DNA of 64,000 bases from assembly GCA_036012755.1 (NCBI GenBank), contig DASCPX010000193.1, positions 53,092-117,091 on the forward strand, in the 5' to 3' direction. This document shows positions 18,324-29,241 of the stretch, piece by piece. Positions within the stretch are counted from its first letter, which is position 1. Every line of letters starts with the position of its first letter. The notes beneath the pieces are model-generated. The model was not told where the DNA came from. It ran no database searches and worked only from the letters and a program-made list of their open reading frames with translations. Both the position numbers and the translations under genes were made by a program. The stretch is from Myxococcota bacterium (GTDB lineage: Bacteria; Myxococcota_A; UBA796; CAJQPC01).

Positions 18324-19712
18324 GTGCGCCCTCGTCATGCCCTTGCCCTGCTGCTCGTGAGCGCTGTCGCGCTGGCCGAGGAGCGAGTCCCGCTGCAGGA
18401 TCGCTACACAGCAGAGGTCGAGCGCATCAGGGAAGCCGCGTCCCAGAGCGACGTCGCCTACAGACGCCTGCAGACACTCTGCGATGACATCGGCCACCGC
18501 ATCAGCGGGAGCGACGAGCTGGAGCGCGCCATCGACTGGGCTCACGGGCTGATGCGCGAGGACGGGCTCTCGGTCCACACCGAGCCGGTCCAGGTGCCGA
18601 AGTGGGTACGCGGCGAGGAGTCAGCGCGCGTGGTCGTGCCCTACCAGCGCGACCTCCAGGTGCTGGGCCTCGGCATGACCGTGGCCGGAGAGCTGCGCGC
18701 CGAGGTGGTCGCGGTGAGCTCCTGGGAGGAGCTCGAGGCCCTCGACGACAGCGCGATCGAGGGGCGGATCGTGCTCTACGACGTGCCGTTCACGACCTAC
18801 GGTGAGACCGTGCAGTACCGGGGTAAGGGACCGGTGGAGGCCGCGAAGCGAGGGGCCGTGGCCGTGCTCATCCGCTCTGTGACCTCCCAGAGCCTCCAGA
18901 CCCCGCACACCGGGGGGACCGGCTACGAAGACGACGTCCCGAAGATCCCGGCAGCGGCGCTGACCATCGAGGACGCCACCTGGATCCACCGCCTGCTCGA
19001 CCAGGGCTCCACCGTCGAGGTCGAGCTGACCCTCTCCGGCGAGCACCACGGCATGGTGGAGAGCAGGAACCTCATCGGCGAGCTCCCCGGCACCGAGCTG
19101 CCTGACGAGGTCGTCGTCGTGGGCTGCCACATCGACTCCTGGGACGTCGGGCAAGGGGCCCAGGACGATGGCGCTGGCTGCCTCATCGCCTGGGAGTCCG
19201 TGCGACTCCTGAGGGAGCTCGACATGGTGCCGCGACGCAGCGTGCGCGTCGTGCTCTTCACGAACGAGGAGAACGGGCTCGGCGGGGGCCGCAACTACGC
19301 AGAGGTCCACGCCGACGAGCTCGTCGATCACCAGGCGCTCTTGGAGTCCGACACCGGAAACGGCCTGGCCGGGGGCTTCAGGCTCGACACCAGCGGGCTG
19401 TCGGAGGCCAACGCCCTGCGCACACAGGGCCTCGTGGCCGAGCTCGGCGAGCTGCTCGACGGCCACATCACCCTGGGGCATGCCGGGGCCGACATCGGTC
19501 CCTCGGCCCGGGGTGGGGTCCCCGGGCTTGGGCTGGCCCACGATGCCAGCACCTACTGGCCCATCCACCACACCCACGCCGACACCTTCGACAAGATCGT
19601 GGAGGAGGATCTGCAAGCCAACATCGGGATGATGGCAGCGGCCGTGTGGGTCCTCGCAGAGATGGAGGAGCGCCTGGTGCTACCCGAGGACAAGAGGCGG
19701 TCACGGCGATGA
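18324..19712 (+). CDS. M28 family peptidase (carboxypeptidase Q-like, PA domain)
   Basis: GCHIDSWD, AQDDG, NEENG, ESD, HHT motifs; Sec signal from GTG 18324 with AGGAG RBS. Confidence 0.92.
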   Translation: MRPRHALALLLVSAVALAEERVPLQDRYTAEVERIREAASQSDVAYRRLQTLCDDIGHRISGSDELERAIDWAHGLMREDGLSVHTEPVQVPKWVRGEESARVVVPYQRDLQVLGLGMTVAGELRAEVVAVSSWEELEALDDSAIEGRIVLYDVPFTTYGETVQYRGKGPVEAAKRGAVAVLIRSVTSQSLQTPHTGGTGYEDDVPKIPAAALTIEDATWIHRLLDQGSTVEVELTLSGEHHGMVESRNLIGELPGTELPDEVVVVGCHIDSWDVGQGAQDDGAGCLIAWESVRLLRELDMVPRRSVRVVLFTNEENGLGGGRNYAEVHADELVDHQALLESDTGNGLAGGFRLDTSGLSEANALRTQGLVAELGELLDGHITLGHAGADIGPSARGGVPGLGLAHDASTYWPIHHTHADTFDKIVEEDLQANIGMMAAAVWVLAEMEERLVLPEDKRRSRR

Positions 19713-20254
19713 TCTGGCTCCTGCTGGGCGCTTGGACCCCAAAGGTCGAGCAGGGGCCGGTCGACCTGGAGGCCGTCGAGGAGTGGTCCACGCTCATCCG
19801 TCACTGTCCGAGCGGCACCTCACAGTGGGTTGCGCGCTACCAGGACGGCCGGCTCGAGAAGCTGGGCATGGTCGGTACGGGCGAGGTCGACCGCGCCTTG
19901 GAGAGCTGCCTGGAGGCGGGTCTCCGACAGCGCGCCGTCGAGGGTGACGTGCTCGTGCGCATCCGGTGGACCGACGACACGCGCGAGGCATGGGAGCGCC
20001 AGAGCCTCGCAATCCTCGACCAGATCGTCGGCCCGCGCGAGGTCCACAGCTGCGCCACGCTGCGCTTCCCAATCGGGGCCGAGGGCGTCCTCGGCGCCCC
20101 CACGCTGCACTCGTCCTCGTCGGACGAGGCCCTCGACCGCCTCGCGCTTGACTCGGTGGCTGCCTTCGACGACGGTATGCCGCCCGTGCCGGAGTCACTC
20201 CGCGCGGTCTACGGTGACCACGTCGACCTCTGCGTCGGCGGCATCCCCAAGTGA
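19709..20254 (+). CDS. exported protein with TonB C-terminal-like domain
   Basis: MIWLLLGA start overlapping TGA; LRFPIGAEG...SSSDEALDRLALDSV...MPPVP resembles TonB_C. Confidence 0.55.
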   Translation: MIWLLLGAWTPKVEQGPVDLEAVEEWSTLIRHCPSGTSQWVARYQDGRLEKLGMVGTGEVDRALESCLEAGLRQRAVEGDVLVRIRWTDDTREAWERQSLAILDQIVGPREVHSCATLRFPIGAEGVLGAPTLHSSSSDEALDRLALDSVAAFDDGMPPVPESLRAVYGDHVDLCVGGIPK

Positions 20255-20257
20255 AGA

Positions 20258-21142
20258 GTGGTCCTCCTCGCGCGCTTTCCGAGCCCTGAAGCCGGCCTGT
20301 CCTTCGACGCCGACGACCTCCTCGAGTCCCTCGCCGAGCTCGATCCGGGTCAACCCCTGGTCATCTGGGTCCCGGGGAACTCCCCTGACGACGACGCCGT
20401 ACGCGCCCAGGCCGAGCGCCTGGCAGACCGCCTCGAGGTGGGGGTCGTCGCGTTCTCGTGGGCTGGGGGCTCCGGCTCGGCCGCCGGCAGCATCGACAAG
20501 GGAATGCGACCTCGCAACGCGGGCTACGGGCTCCTCGAGCTCCTGGCCACGCTGCTCCACACCGACGGGCTCAGGAGCATGTGGGCCGGACGCGCCGTCG
20601 CGCTGATCGTGCACGGGCGGGCCGCGAAGGTCCTCAAGGCCGCGGTGGTGGAGCGGCCCGACCTGATCGGAGAGATGTGCACCAGCGTGGTCATGGCCGC
20701 CGCCGACATCTCCTACGAGCTGCAGATCGACTGGCTCGCAAGGCTCACCCCCCGCCAGACGCCCGACGCCGTCAGTGTCCTCTGGCACGACGGTGACGCG
20801 GCCCTCGACAACCTCCTCGATGGCCGCCTCCTCTACGCCGCGCGCGAGGTGCGGGTGCCCCAGGACCTCCTCGAGACCCAGGTCGGGGTCTTCGGGGACT
20901 CCGATCCCTTCCACGCCGTGCCCGAGTTCGAGTACATCGACGTCTCGCCCTGGGTGACGCCCCAAGAGGCACAGCCCTGGCCAGAAGACGCCATCCACCT
21001 CAGCGACGAGGACCTCCAGGCGGTCGACGAGCGTCGCGCAACCGCGGTCGACGAGCCCTGCCACACCTACGCGTGGACCTGTGATCACCCGGACTTCAGC
21101 GAGCTCCTGTCTCGCCTGATCACCAAGGGAGGCACCTGGTGA
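20258..21142 (+). CDS. degenerate alpha/beta hydrolase fold protein (DUF900-like)
   Basis: LVIWVPG, VVAFSW, ALIVHGRAA (elbow without Ser), VMAAADI. Confidence 0.5.
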   Translation: MVLLARFPSPEAGLSFDADDLLESLAELDPGQPLVIWVPGNSPDDDAVRAQAERLADRLEVGVVAFSWAGGSGSAAGSIDKGMRPRNAGYGLLELLATLLHTDGLRSMWAGRAVALIVHGRAAKVLKAAVVERPDLIGEMCTSVVMAAADISYELQIDWLARLTPRQTPDAVSVLWHDGDAALDNLLDGRLLYAAREVRVPQDLLETQVGVFGDSDPFHAVPEFEYIDVSPWVTPQEAQPWPEDAIHLSDEDLQAVDERRATAVDEPCHTYAWTCDHPDFSELLSRLITKGGTW

Positions 21143-21987
21143 GCTTCACCCCCGACACCCTCGCCGGAGAGCGCATCCTCGTCACGGGCGGCGGGACCGG
21201 GTTGGGCCAGGCGATGGCGATCGGCTTCGCCGCCTCCGGCGCAGAGGTCGCCGTGCTGGGACGCCGACAGCGGCCTCTAGAGGAGACCGTCGAGGCCATC
21301 CGGTCCGCTGGCGGGACGGCTGACTATGCCCATGGGGTCGACGTCCGCGATGCGGCCGCCCTGGACGAGGCGGTCGGTGACCTCGAAGAGCGCCTGGGCC
21401 CGCTGAGCGGGCTGGTCAACAACGCCGCCGGCAACTTCCTCGCCTGCACAGAGGACATCAGCCCCAACGGCTTCGACGCGGTCGTCCGCATCGTGCTCCA
21501 CGGCTCCTTCCACGCCACGCAGGCCTGCGGACGCAGGTGGATCGAGCGCAAGCAGGCGGGCACGGTGCTCAGCATCGTCACCACCTACGCCTGGACCGGC
21601 TCGGCCTTCGTCGTCCCCTCGGCCTGCGCCAAGGCGGGGGTGCTCGCCATGACTCGCAGCCTGGCGGTGGAGTGGGCCACCTATGGCATCCGGCTCAACG
21701 CCATCGCGCCAGGTCCCTTCCCGACCGAGGGGGCCTTCAGCAAGCTCATGCCACCCGGAATGGACGAAGAGGCCCGCAACGCCGTGCCCCTGAAGCGCTT
21801 CGGCGAGCCTGGCGAGCTCAGCGATCTCGCCACCTACCTCATGAGCTCCATGTCGGCCTACGTGACCGGAGAGGTGGTCACGATCGACGGCGGCGAGTGG
21901 CTGCAGAACGGCCAGGAGTTCGGACGCTTCGCCCACTACCCGCGCGAGAACGTCAAGGCGCTCCTCGGTCGGATCAGGAAGAGCTAG
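21139..21987 (+). CDS. SDR oxidoreductase, 2,4-dienoyl-CoA reductase-like
   Basis: TGGGTGLG, NNAAGNF, SACAKAG, AIAPGPFPT motifs. Confidence 0.92.
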   Translation: MSFTPDTLAGERILVTGGGTGLGQAMAIGFAASGAEVAVLGRRQRPLEETVEAIRSAGGTADYAHGVDVRDAAALDEAVGDLEERLGPLSGLVNNAAGNFLACTEDISPNGFDAVVRIVLHGSFHATQACGRRWIERKQAGTVLSIVTTYAWTGSAFVVPSACAKAGVLAMTRSLAVEWATYGIRLNAIAPGPFPTEGAFSKLMPPGMDEEARNAVPLKRFGEPGELSDLATYLMSSMSAYVTGEVVTIDGGEWLQNGQEFGRFAHYPRENVKALLGRIRKS

Positions 21988-22555
21988 ACTCGCACTCGGG
22001 CGCCTGGGCGCTCGCCACGTCCGTCGGATCCGGAAGCACCTTGACCTCTGCCTCCGTGCAGAAGTCGCGCCCGCCCGTGTCGGTGACGCACATCTCGACG
22101 TGCACCTCGCGGCAGGACAGGGCCCAGCCCGTTGTCAGCTCTGGATCGAGGCTGCGGGTGTCCAGGTAGAGGTACATGTTCGGGAAGGCGCCCTCGCAGG
22201 CGGACTCGCCCACGATCTGCACGTGGTAGTTGAGCTCTTGTGTCACGGCGACGCCCGTCTCCACGTCCGTGACCTGCGCCCAGATGCGGATGACGTTGCG
22301 GGTGTTGCCCACGCGCAGCGCAGCCGGGAGGTGCCAGCCTCCCTGGGGTCCGTGGACCATCTCGAGGCCCGCGGGATCGAGGTCCTCGAAGCCCTCGATC
22401 CCAGTGCCGATGCTGGCCCAGGGGTCCTCGCACTTGCAGATGTCGTCGATGGCGCCGATCTGGGTACCGGTGTCCTCTGCGATCTCGCAGGTCGTAACGA
22501 CCGGGCCGCTGTCGTCAGGTTCCGATGGGCATGCGACGAGCGCCAACAACAACAT
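21974..22555 (-). CDS. hypothetical lipoprotein
   Basis: MLLLALVAC start at ATG 22555; HGPQGGWH motif. Confidence 0.75.
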   Translation of the reverse strand: MLLLALVACPSEPDDSGPVVTTCEIAEDTGTQIGAIDDICKCEDPWASIGTGIEGFEDLDPAGLEMVHGPQGGWHLPAALRVGNTRNVIRIWAQVTDVETGVAVTQELNYHVQIVGESACEGAFPNMYLYLDTRSLDPELTTGWALSCREVHVEMCVTDTGGRDFCTEAEVKVLPDPTDVASAQAPECESSSS

Positions 22556-22617
22556 CGTTTTCGACCTTTGGCTGGCCCTGCGCCCCCAGCATAGACCAGG
22601 GGCGGACGGGTCGGACG

Positions 22618-23145
22618 CTACTCGCTCGCGCTGAAGCTGCCCGTGCCCGCGATGACGTACCCGCTCTCCGAGTAGGAGACCTCGAAGCCCCCCTCCACAG
22701 TCGTGGCCGTGTAGGTCCCATGCCATGGGACCGTACCCATGGCGCCGCTGTCGGAGATGTCACCCGAGATCTCGGTGGCGCTGGTGGTCGCGCCGGTGAG
22801 CGTGCCGGTCTGTGTCCCGAAGGCCCCGAGCATGCCAGCGAAGTCGCAGGACCACTCCCCCGCGACGTCGGAGGCTCCGATCCAGCCGACCGTGACGTAC
22901 CCGGAGCAGGTGTCCGAGGCGTGGGAGTTGGCCTCCTCGACGACGAGGGAGATCTCGCCGGTCATGTCCGCGTCCGCGTCACCGTCCGCATCGGCGTCCG
23001 TGTCCGTGTCCGCGTCCGCGTCCGCGTCTGTGTCCGTGTCCGTGTCCGTGTCAGCGTCGGTGTCAGCGTCTGACTCGACGGAGCTGTCGTCGGTGGCAGG
23101 GTCCTTGTCGCAGCCCGATCCCAAGGAAAGAAGCAGGGTAATCAT
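22618..23145 (-). CDS. Asp-rich hypothetical lipoprotein
   Basis: MITLLLSLGSGC, (DA/DT)n tether; GAGGAG RBS. Confidence 0.8.
   Translation of the reverse strand: MITLLLSLGSGCDKDPATDDSSVESDADTDADTDTDTDTDADADADTDTDADADGDADADMTGEISLVVEEANSHASDTCSGYVTVGWIGASDVAGEWSCDFAGMLGAFGTQTGTLTGATTSATEISGDISDSGAMGTVPWHGTYTATTVEGGFEVSYSESGYVIAGTGSFSASE
22966..23076 (-). repeat. coding microsatellite (DA/DT)n
   Basis: gtccgc/gtccgt tandem units. Confidence 0.85.
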
Positions 23146-23172
23146 CGTGTCTCCTCACGTTGGAAGGGCGGG

Positions 23173-23178
23173 AACGTA
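23173..23178 (-). promoter_or_regulatory. putative -10 box TACGTT
   Basis: GCTACGTTC upstream of the RBS of the gene starting at 23145. Confidence 0.4.
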
Positions 23179-23208
23179 GCACGCCGAGGCAGGGGTCTCG
23201 GGACCTGT

Positions 23209-23224
23209 TGGCACGGATCTTCCA
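23209..23224 (+). promoter_or_regulatory. sigma54-like promoter variant
   Basis: TGGCACG-N4-TTCCA versus consensus TGGCACG-N4-TTGCW; mismatch in the conserved -12 GC. Confidence 0.3.
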
Positions 23225-23287
23225 AGCCTCCAATCTGGCGATCGGGAGGTCCCACGGGCAATTAGGCGCACCACCACGGAGGCTTCG

Positions 23288-24781
<1,494 letters not shown>

Positions 24782-24790
24782 CATCCATCT

Positions 24791-25768
24791 GTGAGCTACG
24801 GCGAACTCGAACAGGTCATCAGGGGTTGTCGCGCCCGCGGTGACCTCCTCGGAGAGGCAGAGGCCCGAGCGGAGAAGGCCCAGCTCCACAGCAAGGCGGA
24901 GCAGTGGGTCGAGGGCGCCCAGGAGATGCACTGGGCTGCTCGCCTGGCCATGGACGCCGGCTCGATGGCCCTCCACGGCCAGTACCTCTACGGCAAGGGC
25001 ACCCTGCTCGCAGAGGCCGGCCCATCGCTTCGTGGCGAGGCTCTCTCGGCCCTTCGCAAGGCGGCCGCGGCTGCGCAAGTGGGAGGCAACATGGGCGTCG
25101 CCCACCAGGCCCTGCGGCTCCAGATGGAGCTCCACGCAGAGGTCCACAGGTGGGATGCAGCGGCGATGATCGCACAGCAGCTCGTCAAGAGCCTCGAGGG
25201 CCTCGGACCCAGCCTGGAGCTCATCGATCTGCTGCGCACGCAGGCCCTCATGCTGCTGCGCTGCGGTGGCGACGGCCCAAAGCGGGCGCTCCGCGTCCTC
25301 GCCCGCTCAGAGGCCCTCGCCTCCAGCATGGGCCAGTCCGGACGCGCGCTCCAGGCCCGCCTCGACGCCCACCTCCTGGCGGCCAGCATGGCTCTGGACG
25401 TGCCCTCTGTCGGCGAGCTCGTCAACAACACCGACGGCCCCCTGCTCGCTGCCGCCAGCGCGGCGTTGTTCGGCGAGGACCACTCCGGCGCCGTCGAAGC
25501 CGCAGAGCGTGCCCGCGCAGAGGCCCTGGACCATGGCAACGCCCCTCGCTATCTCGCCGCCTGCCTGCTGTTGGCCGAAGCCCACGAGGAGCTCGGGGAG
25601 CGCGAGGCCGTCCTCGACGTGCTGCTCACCTGCAGGGCGACCTTGACGGAGGAGCGAGGCGCCGACGCCGCCGTCCCCGCCATCGACGCCCTGGACGCGC
25701 TGAGGAAGCGCTGGGGCGAAGAGGCGGTTCGCGAGGCCCTGGACGCCTACGGCGCAGCCGGGGGCTGA
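24791..25768 (+). CDS. alpha-helical repeat (TPR-like) hypothetical protein
   Basis: Ala/Leu-rich amphipathic helices throughout. Confidence 0.6.
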   Translation: MSYGELEQVIRGCRARGDLLGEAEARAEKAQLHSKAEQWVEGAQEMHWAARLAMDAGSMALHGQYLYGKGTLLAEAGPSLRGEALSALRKAAAAAQVGGNMGVAHQALRLQMELHAEVHRWDAAAMIAQQLVKSLEGLGPSLELIDLLRTQALMLLRCGGDGPKRALRVLARSEALASSMGQSGRALQARLDAHLLAASMALDVPSVGELVNNTDGPLLAAASAALFGEDHSGAVEAAERARAEALDHGNAPRYLAACLLLAEAHEELGEREAVLDVLLTCRATLTEERGADAAVPAIDALDALRKRWGEEAVREALDAYGAAGG

Positions 25769-25772
25769 GGCA

Positions 25773-26906
25773 TCAGGCCGCTGCGGCCGCGCCCTTGGCC
25801 CTTCGCACGAGCATGATCACCCCCGCGAAGGCGCCGAGGCTCGCGATGAGCAGCAGGACGCCGACGAGCGGGCGAGCCACGATCCAGCTGACGGCGATCG
25901 TGAAGAGGCTCAAGAAGGCCGCGAGCAGGAAGGCGAAGAGCCCGACTCCTCCGCTGATCGCGGGCCCGAAGAAGGGCACGCGGTCGGCGATGACCTTGAC
26001 CGGACCGAAGAGGAGCCCCAGCCCCACGAACATCATCAGGAAGCCGACGAAGCGGAGGATCCACGTCAGCAACACGTTGTCGTCGTGTGCCGCCTGGAAC
26101 ATCGCCTCCGCCGACATCACGCCGGACCTGACCAGGAGCAGCTTGTCGCCCGCCTCGGTCTGGTAGGCCTCCATCGTCGAGCTGGTCTGGCGCCCCACGA
26201 GTGAGACCGGGCCCTCGGGCACCGCCTCGTACTCGATGCGCGTATCGCCGATGGTCGGAGTGGCGGGATCGGGGCCGATGTAGAGCATGCCGTTGTGGGC
26301 CTTGCCCCCTCCGGCCGCGGCCATGTCGTCGGAGACCGCGACGCCCTCCCAGTTGCTCAGCTTCAGGATCTGGTCGGCGGACATCTGCCAGGCGCCGACG
26401 GTGGCCCGGGACACCGCCCAGGACTCGGTGGTGAAGGGCATCGAGGCCGGGTTCACGTGGCCGTTCTGCTCCTCGAAGTCCGTGTAGTCGACGAGGTTCG
26501 GGGACCAGCCCTTCTCGTAATAGAAGGTCGTGTACTCCTTGCCGTCCTTGGTCTTCTTCTCCTCGCGCTCCAGCCACTGGTACATCTCGACGGAGCGCTC
26601 GAGCCGAAGGCCCTTGGCCTCGACCGCGAGCACCGGATCCTTCAGGGTCTCGACGGTCTTGGCCTCTCCCGAGATGTGGACCAGCTTGCCCTGGTTGCCA
26701 GGATCGACCGAGGCGGAGTCGACCTCGACGACGAGCCCGGAGCCCTCGTCGAGGGACTTGGCTGTCTGGACGCTGCGACACTCGTTGAACAACAGCAGCG
26801 GGAACGCCAGGAAGAACAGCGCCAAGCCCGCGAGGACCTTCTTGATGGACTCGCCGAGGGTGGAGAAGAAGCCCTTCTCGGTGACTTTAGTAATCTTGTC
26901 AACCAC
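25773..26906 (-). CDS. TMEM43 (DUF1625) family membrane protein
   Basis: LLFNECRSV, GKLVHISG, LERSVEMYQW, IGDTRI; C-terminal TM helices. Confidence 0.9.
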   Translation of the reverse strand: MVDKITKVTEKGFFSTLGESIKKVLAGLALFFLAFPLLLFNECRSVQTAKSLDEGSGLVVEVDSASVDPGNQGKLVHISGEAKTVETLKDPVLAVEAKGLRLERSVEMYQWLEREEKKTKDGKEYTTFYYEKGWSPNLVDYTDFEEQNGHVNPASMPFTTESWAVSRATVGAWQMSADQILKLSNWEGVAVSDDMAAAGGGKAHNGMLYIGPDPATPTIGDTRIEYEAVPEGPVSLVGRQTSSTMEAYQTEAGDKLLLVRSGVMSAEAMFQAAHDDNVLLTWILRFVGFLMMFVGLGLLFGPVKVIADRVPFFGPAISGGVGLFAFLLAAFLSLFTIAVSWIVARPLVGVLLLIASLGAFAGVIMLVRRAKGAAAAA

Positions 26907-27368
26907 TTAGAAGTACCAGCGGGCGCCTACGAAGGTGTTGTGGCCGTAGTAGGTGTTGGAGGAGAAGAGAGTCGGGGTGATGTAGGAGTTGTGGTGGATG
27001 AAGGCCTCTGCCGGGACGGTCTTGAAGCGCATCGTCGCGCCCACACCACCGCCTGCGCCAAGGAGCGCGCCCGACCAGCGCAGCCCTCCGATCACGCCGA
27101 CGTTCCAGTACATGTTCAGCCGCGCCCAGTCCCAGTCGCCGATCTGCCAGAAGAGCTGCTCGTAGGCGACGTGGCCGGAGAGGCCGTAGAGGAGGCCGCC
27201 GCCAGCGTAGAAGCCGACGCCAGCCTTCTTGTTCATCCAGTACTTGCCGTTGAGGTTGTGGGGGTAGCCCAAGCTCACGCCGAGCCCGAAGGGGTTGGAG
27301 GTGCCCGCGGGGGGGGGATCGCCAGCGAGGGCGGGAGTGGTGGCCAGTAAAACCAGGAGAGAGAGCAT
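26907..27368 (-). CDS. small outer-membrane beta-barrel protein (DUF3996-like)
   Basis: Signal peptide, FGLGVSLGYP...NGKYW, alternating strands, C-terminal GARWYF. Confidence 0.7.
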   Translation of the reverse strand: MLSLLVLLATTPALAGDPPPAGTSNPFGLGVSLGYPHNLNGKYWMNKKAGVGFYAGGGLLYGLSGHVAYEQLFWQIGDWDWARLNMYWNVGVIGGLRWSGALLGAGGGVGATMRFKTVPAEAFIHHNSYITPTLFSSNTYYGHNTFVGARWYF

Positions 27369-27396
27369 CGCGACCTCACATTCGGATTGAGCGGCG

Positions 27397-27402
27397 AGTC
27401 TA
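27397..27402 (-). promoter_or_regulatory. putative -10 box TAGACT overlapping the kinase TAG stop
   Basis: 28 nt upstream of ATG 27368, with GAGG in between. Confidence 0.4.
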
Positions 27403-29241
27403 TTCCACGCCGAGCAACGCGCGGACCTGCTTCAGCCGGAAGGGCTTGTTCAATGTGGGATTCGGGATCTCGCCGAGGAAGCGGCGAGCGTCCTGGGTGA
27501 AGGCCCCTCCGGTGACGAAGACGACCCTGGTCTGGAGCTCCGGAGGCAGGCTCTCGAAGACCTCGATGCCGGTCACCTCGGGCATCATCAAGTCGCAAAA
27601 GATGCGGTCCCAGCCGTCATCGTCAGCAACGAGTTCCTGGGCCTCGCGACCGGAGTGACAGACGGTCACGTCGGCGTGAGCTGACAGGCCGGCTTCCAGG
27701 ATCTCGCAGATGTCGGGCTCGTCGTCGATGACCAGCACGCGCAGGCGCCCGACGGGGATGCGACGGGGCGCGGTGACTTCGTCCGGCAGGACCTGCTTGA
27801 CGACCTCTGCGGGGCGCAGGCGCACGGTGAAGGTCGCGCCGACCGCGGTGTCCTCGAGCGCGATGCGACCGCCGAGTCCGGTCACGATGGTGTGGCAGAT
27901 CCACAGCCCGAGCCCCGTGCCCTGTCCGCCCGTGACGAAAGGCTTCCACATGCGCTCCTTGAGCTCCTCTGGGACGCCGGGGCCGTTGTCCTGCACCTGG
28001 GTGACGATCCACTCGTCCTCGACGAAGGTGCGCACCGTGAGGCGGAACTCCGTTGCGTGGCCGACCTCCAGGGCACGCGACGCGTTCAGCAAGAGGTTCA
28101 GGAAGACCTGGAACAGCCGGCCCTCGTGGCCCTCCACCGGTGGAACGCCGCCGAACTCCCGCACGACCTCCGCCCGGTGCCGGAGCTCGTTCTCGGCCAG
28201 CGACAGCGCCTTCTCCAGCACCGCGTCGAGGTCCACGGCCTCGCGTCCGCTCGCGGGATCGCGCGCCAGGCCCATGAGGTCCCCGGTGACCCGGGCGATG
28301 CGCTCGGCGCCGCTGCGGACCTTCGAGAGGTGCAGGCGGAGCTGCTCGCCCTGGGCCTGTTCCTCAGCGAGCTCGACGTGGCGAAGCACGACCGTGAGCG
28401 GGTTGTTGATCTCGTGGGTGACGCCGGCGGCGAGGGTACCGACGGCGGCCAGCCGATCGGAGTGGACCAGGCGGGCCTCCAGCTCGCGGGCCTTGTCCTG
28501 GGCGTCCATCCACTGGGTGACGTCGTGGCTGATGCCGATGAGCCCCGCCAGCTTTCCGTCCGCGTCGTAGTAGGGGTACTTCGTCGTGAACAGCGTCTTG
28601 CCCTGCACCTCCGATCGCCGCGGCTGATAGGTCCAGGGCTTCTCGGTCGAGAGCACCTTCCGGTCGATGCCATCGATGTGCTCGGCCGCTTCCGCGTCGA
28701 TGATCTCCCGATCGTGCCGGCCGATCACCTTCTCGATCGGAAGGCCCAAGAGCGCGGCGCCAGCGGGGTTGATGAAGACGTAGAGGCCGTTGAGGTCCTT
28801 GATGAAGATGGCGTCACGGGCGCGCTCGACCACGCTCCGGAAGATGTGGCGCAGGTCTCGGAGCTGGGCCTCCGCCCGGCGCGCGGACCAAGGGCGGACC
28901 CGGGCCCAGACCCACCCGCCGCGAGTGCGGGCCTCGATGACGACAGGGTCCCCCTCCAGATCGCGCACCCGGACGCGCATCCGGTTCAGCTCCTCCAGCC
29001 GCCTCAGGCCCTTGGCGATGATGCTCCGATCAGCGGCGTGGACCAGCTCGGCAATGCGCATCCCGCGCATGTCGGCCCGCCACGCAGCGGAGTGGGCGAC
29101 GATCCGACCATTACGCAAGAGGCAGGCCCGCTCTGGCGTGAGCGACAGGAGCGCCTCGAGGGCCTCTCTGGCGATGGCGTCCGAGCGGGAGATAGCCTGA
29201 CTCCATGCTGTTGTTCCTTCTACCGCGCGCCGCGCTTCCAT
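27400..29241 (-). CDS. PAS domain hybrid sensor histidine kinase/response regulator
   Basis: PAS, THEINNPL H-box, NLLLNA, DNGPG, GTGLGL, receiver (IDDE, DLMMP, KPF). Start uncertain: 29241 overlaps the divergent gene. Confidence 0.9.
   Translation of the reverse strand: MEARRAVEGTTAWSQAISRSDAIAREALEALLSLTPERACLLRNGRIVAHSAAWRADMRGMRIAELVHAADRSIIAKGLRRLEELNRMRVRVRDLEGDPVVIEARTRGGWVWARVRPWSARRAEAQLRDLRHIFRSVVERARDAIFIKDLNGLYVFINPAGAALLGLPIEKVIGRHDREIIDAEAAEHIDGIDRKVLSTEKPWTYQPRRSEVQGKTLFTTKYPYYDADGKLAGLIGISHDVTQWMDAQDKARELEARLVHSDRLAAVGTLAAGVTHEINNPLTVVLRHVELAEEQAQGEQLRLHLSKVRSGAERIARVTGDLMGLARDPASGREAVDLDAVLEKALSLAENELRHRAEVVREFGGVPPVEGHEGRLFQVFLNLLLNASRALEVGHATEFRLTVRTFVEDEWIVTQVQDNGPGVPEELKERMWKPFVTGGQGTGLGLWICHTIVTGLGGRIALEDTAVGATFTVRLRPAEVVKQVLPDEVTAPRRIPVGRLRVLVIDDEPDICEILEAGLSAHADVTVCHSGREAQELVADDDGWDRIFCDLMMPEVTGIEVFESLPPELQTRVVFVTGGAFTQDARRFLGEIPNPTLNKPFRLKQVRALLGVE
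29193..29198 (+). promoter_or_regulatory. putative -10 box TAGCCT, leaderless-type
   Basis: 6 nt upstream of ATG 29205. Confidence 0.5.
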
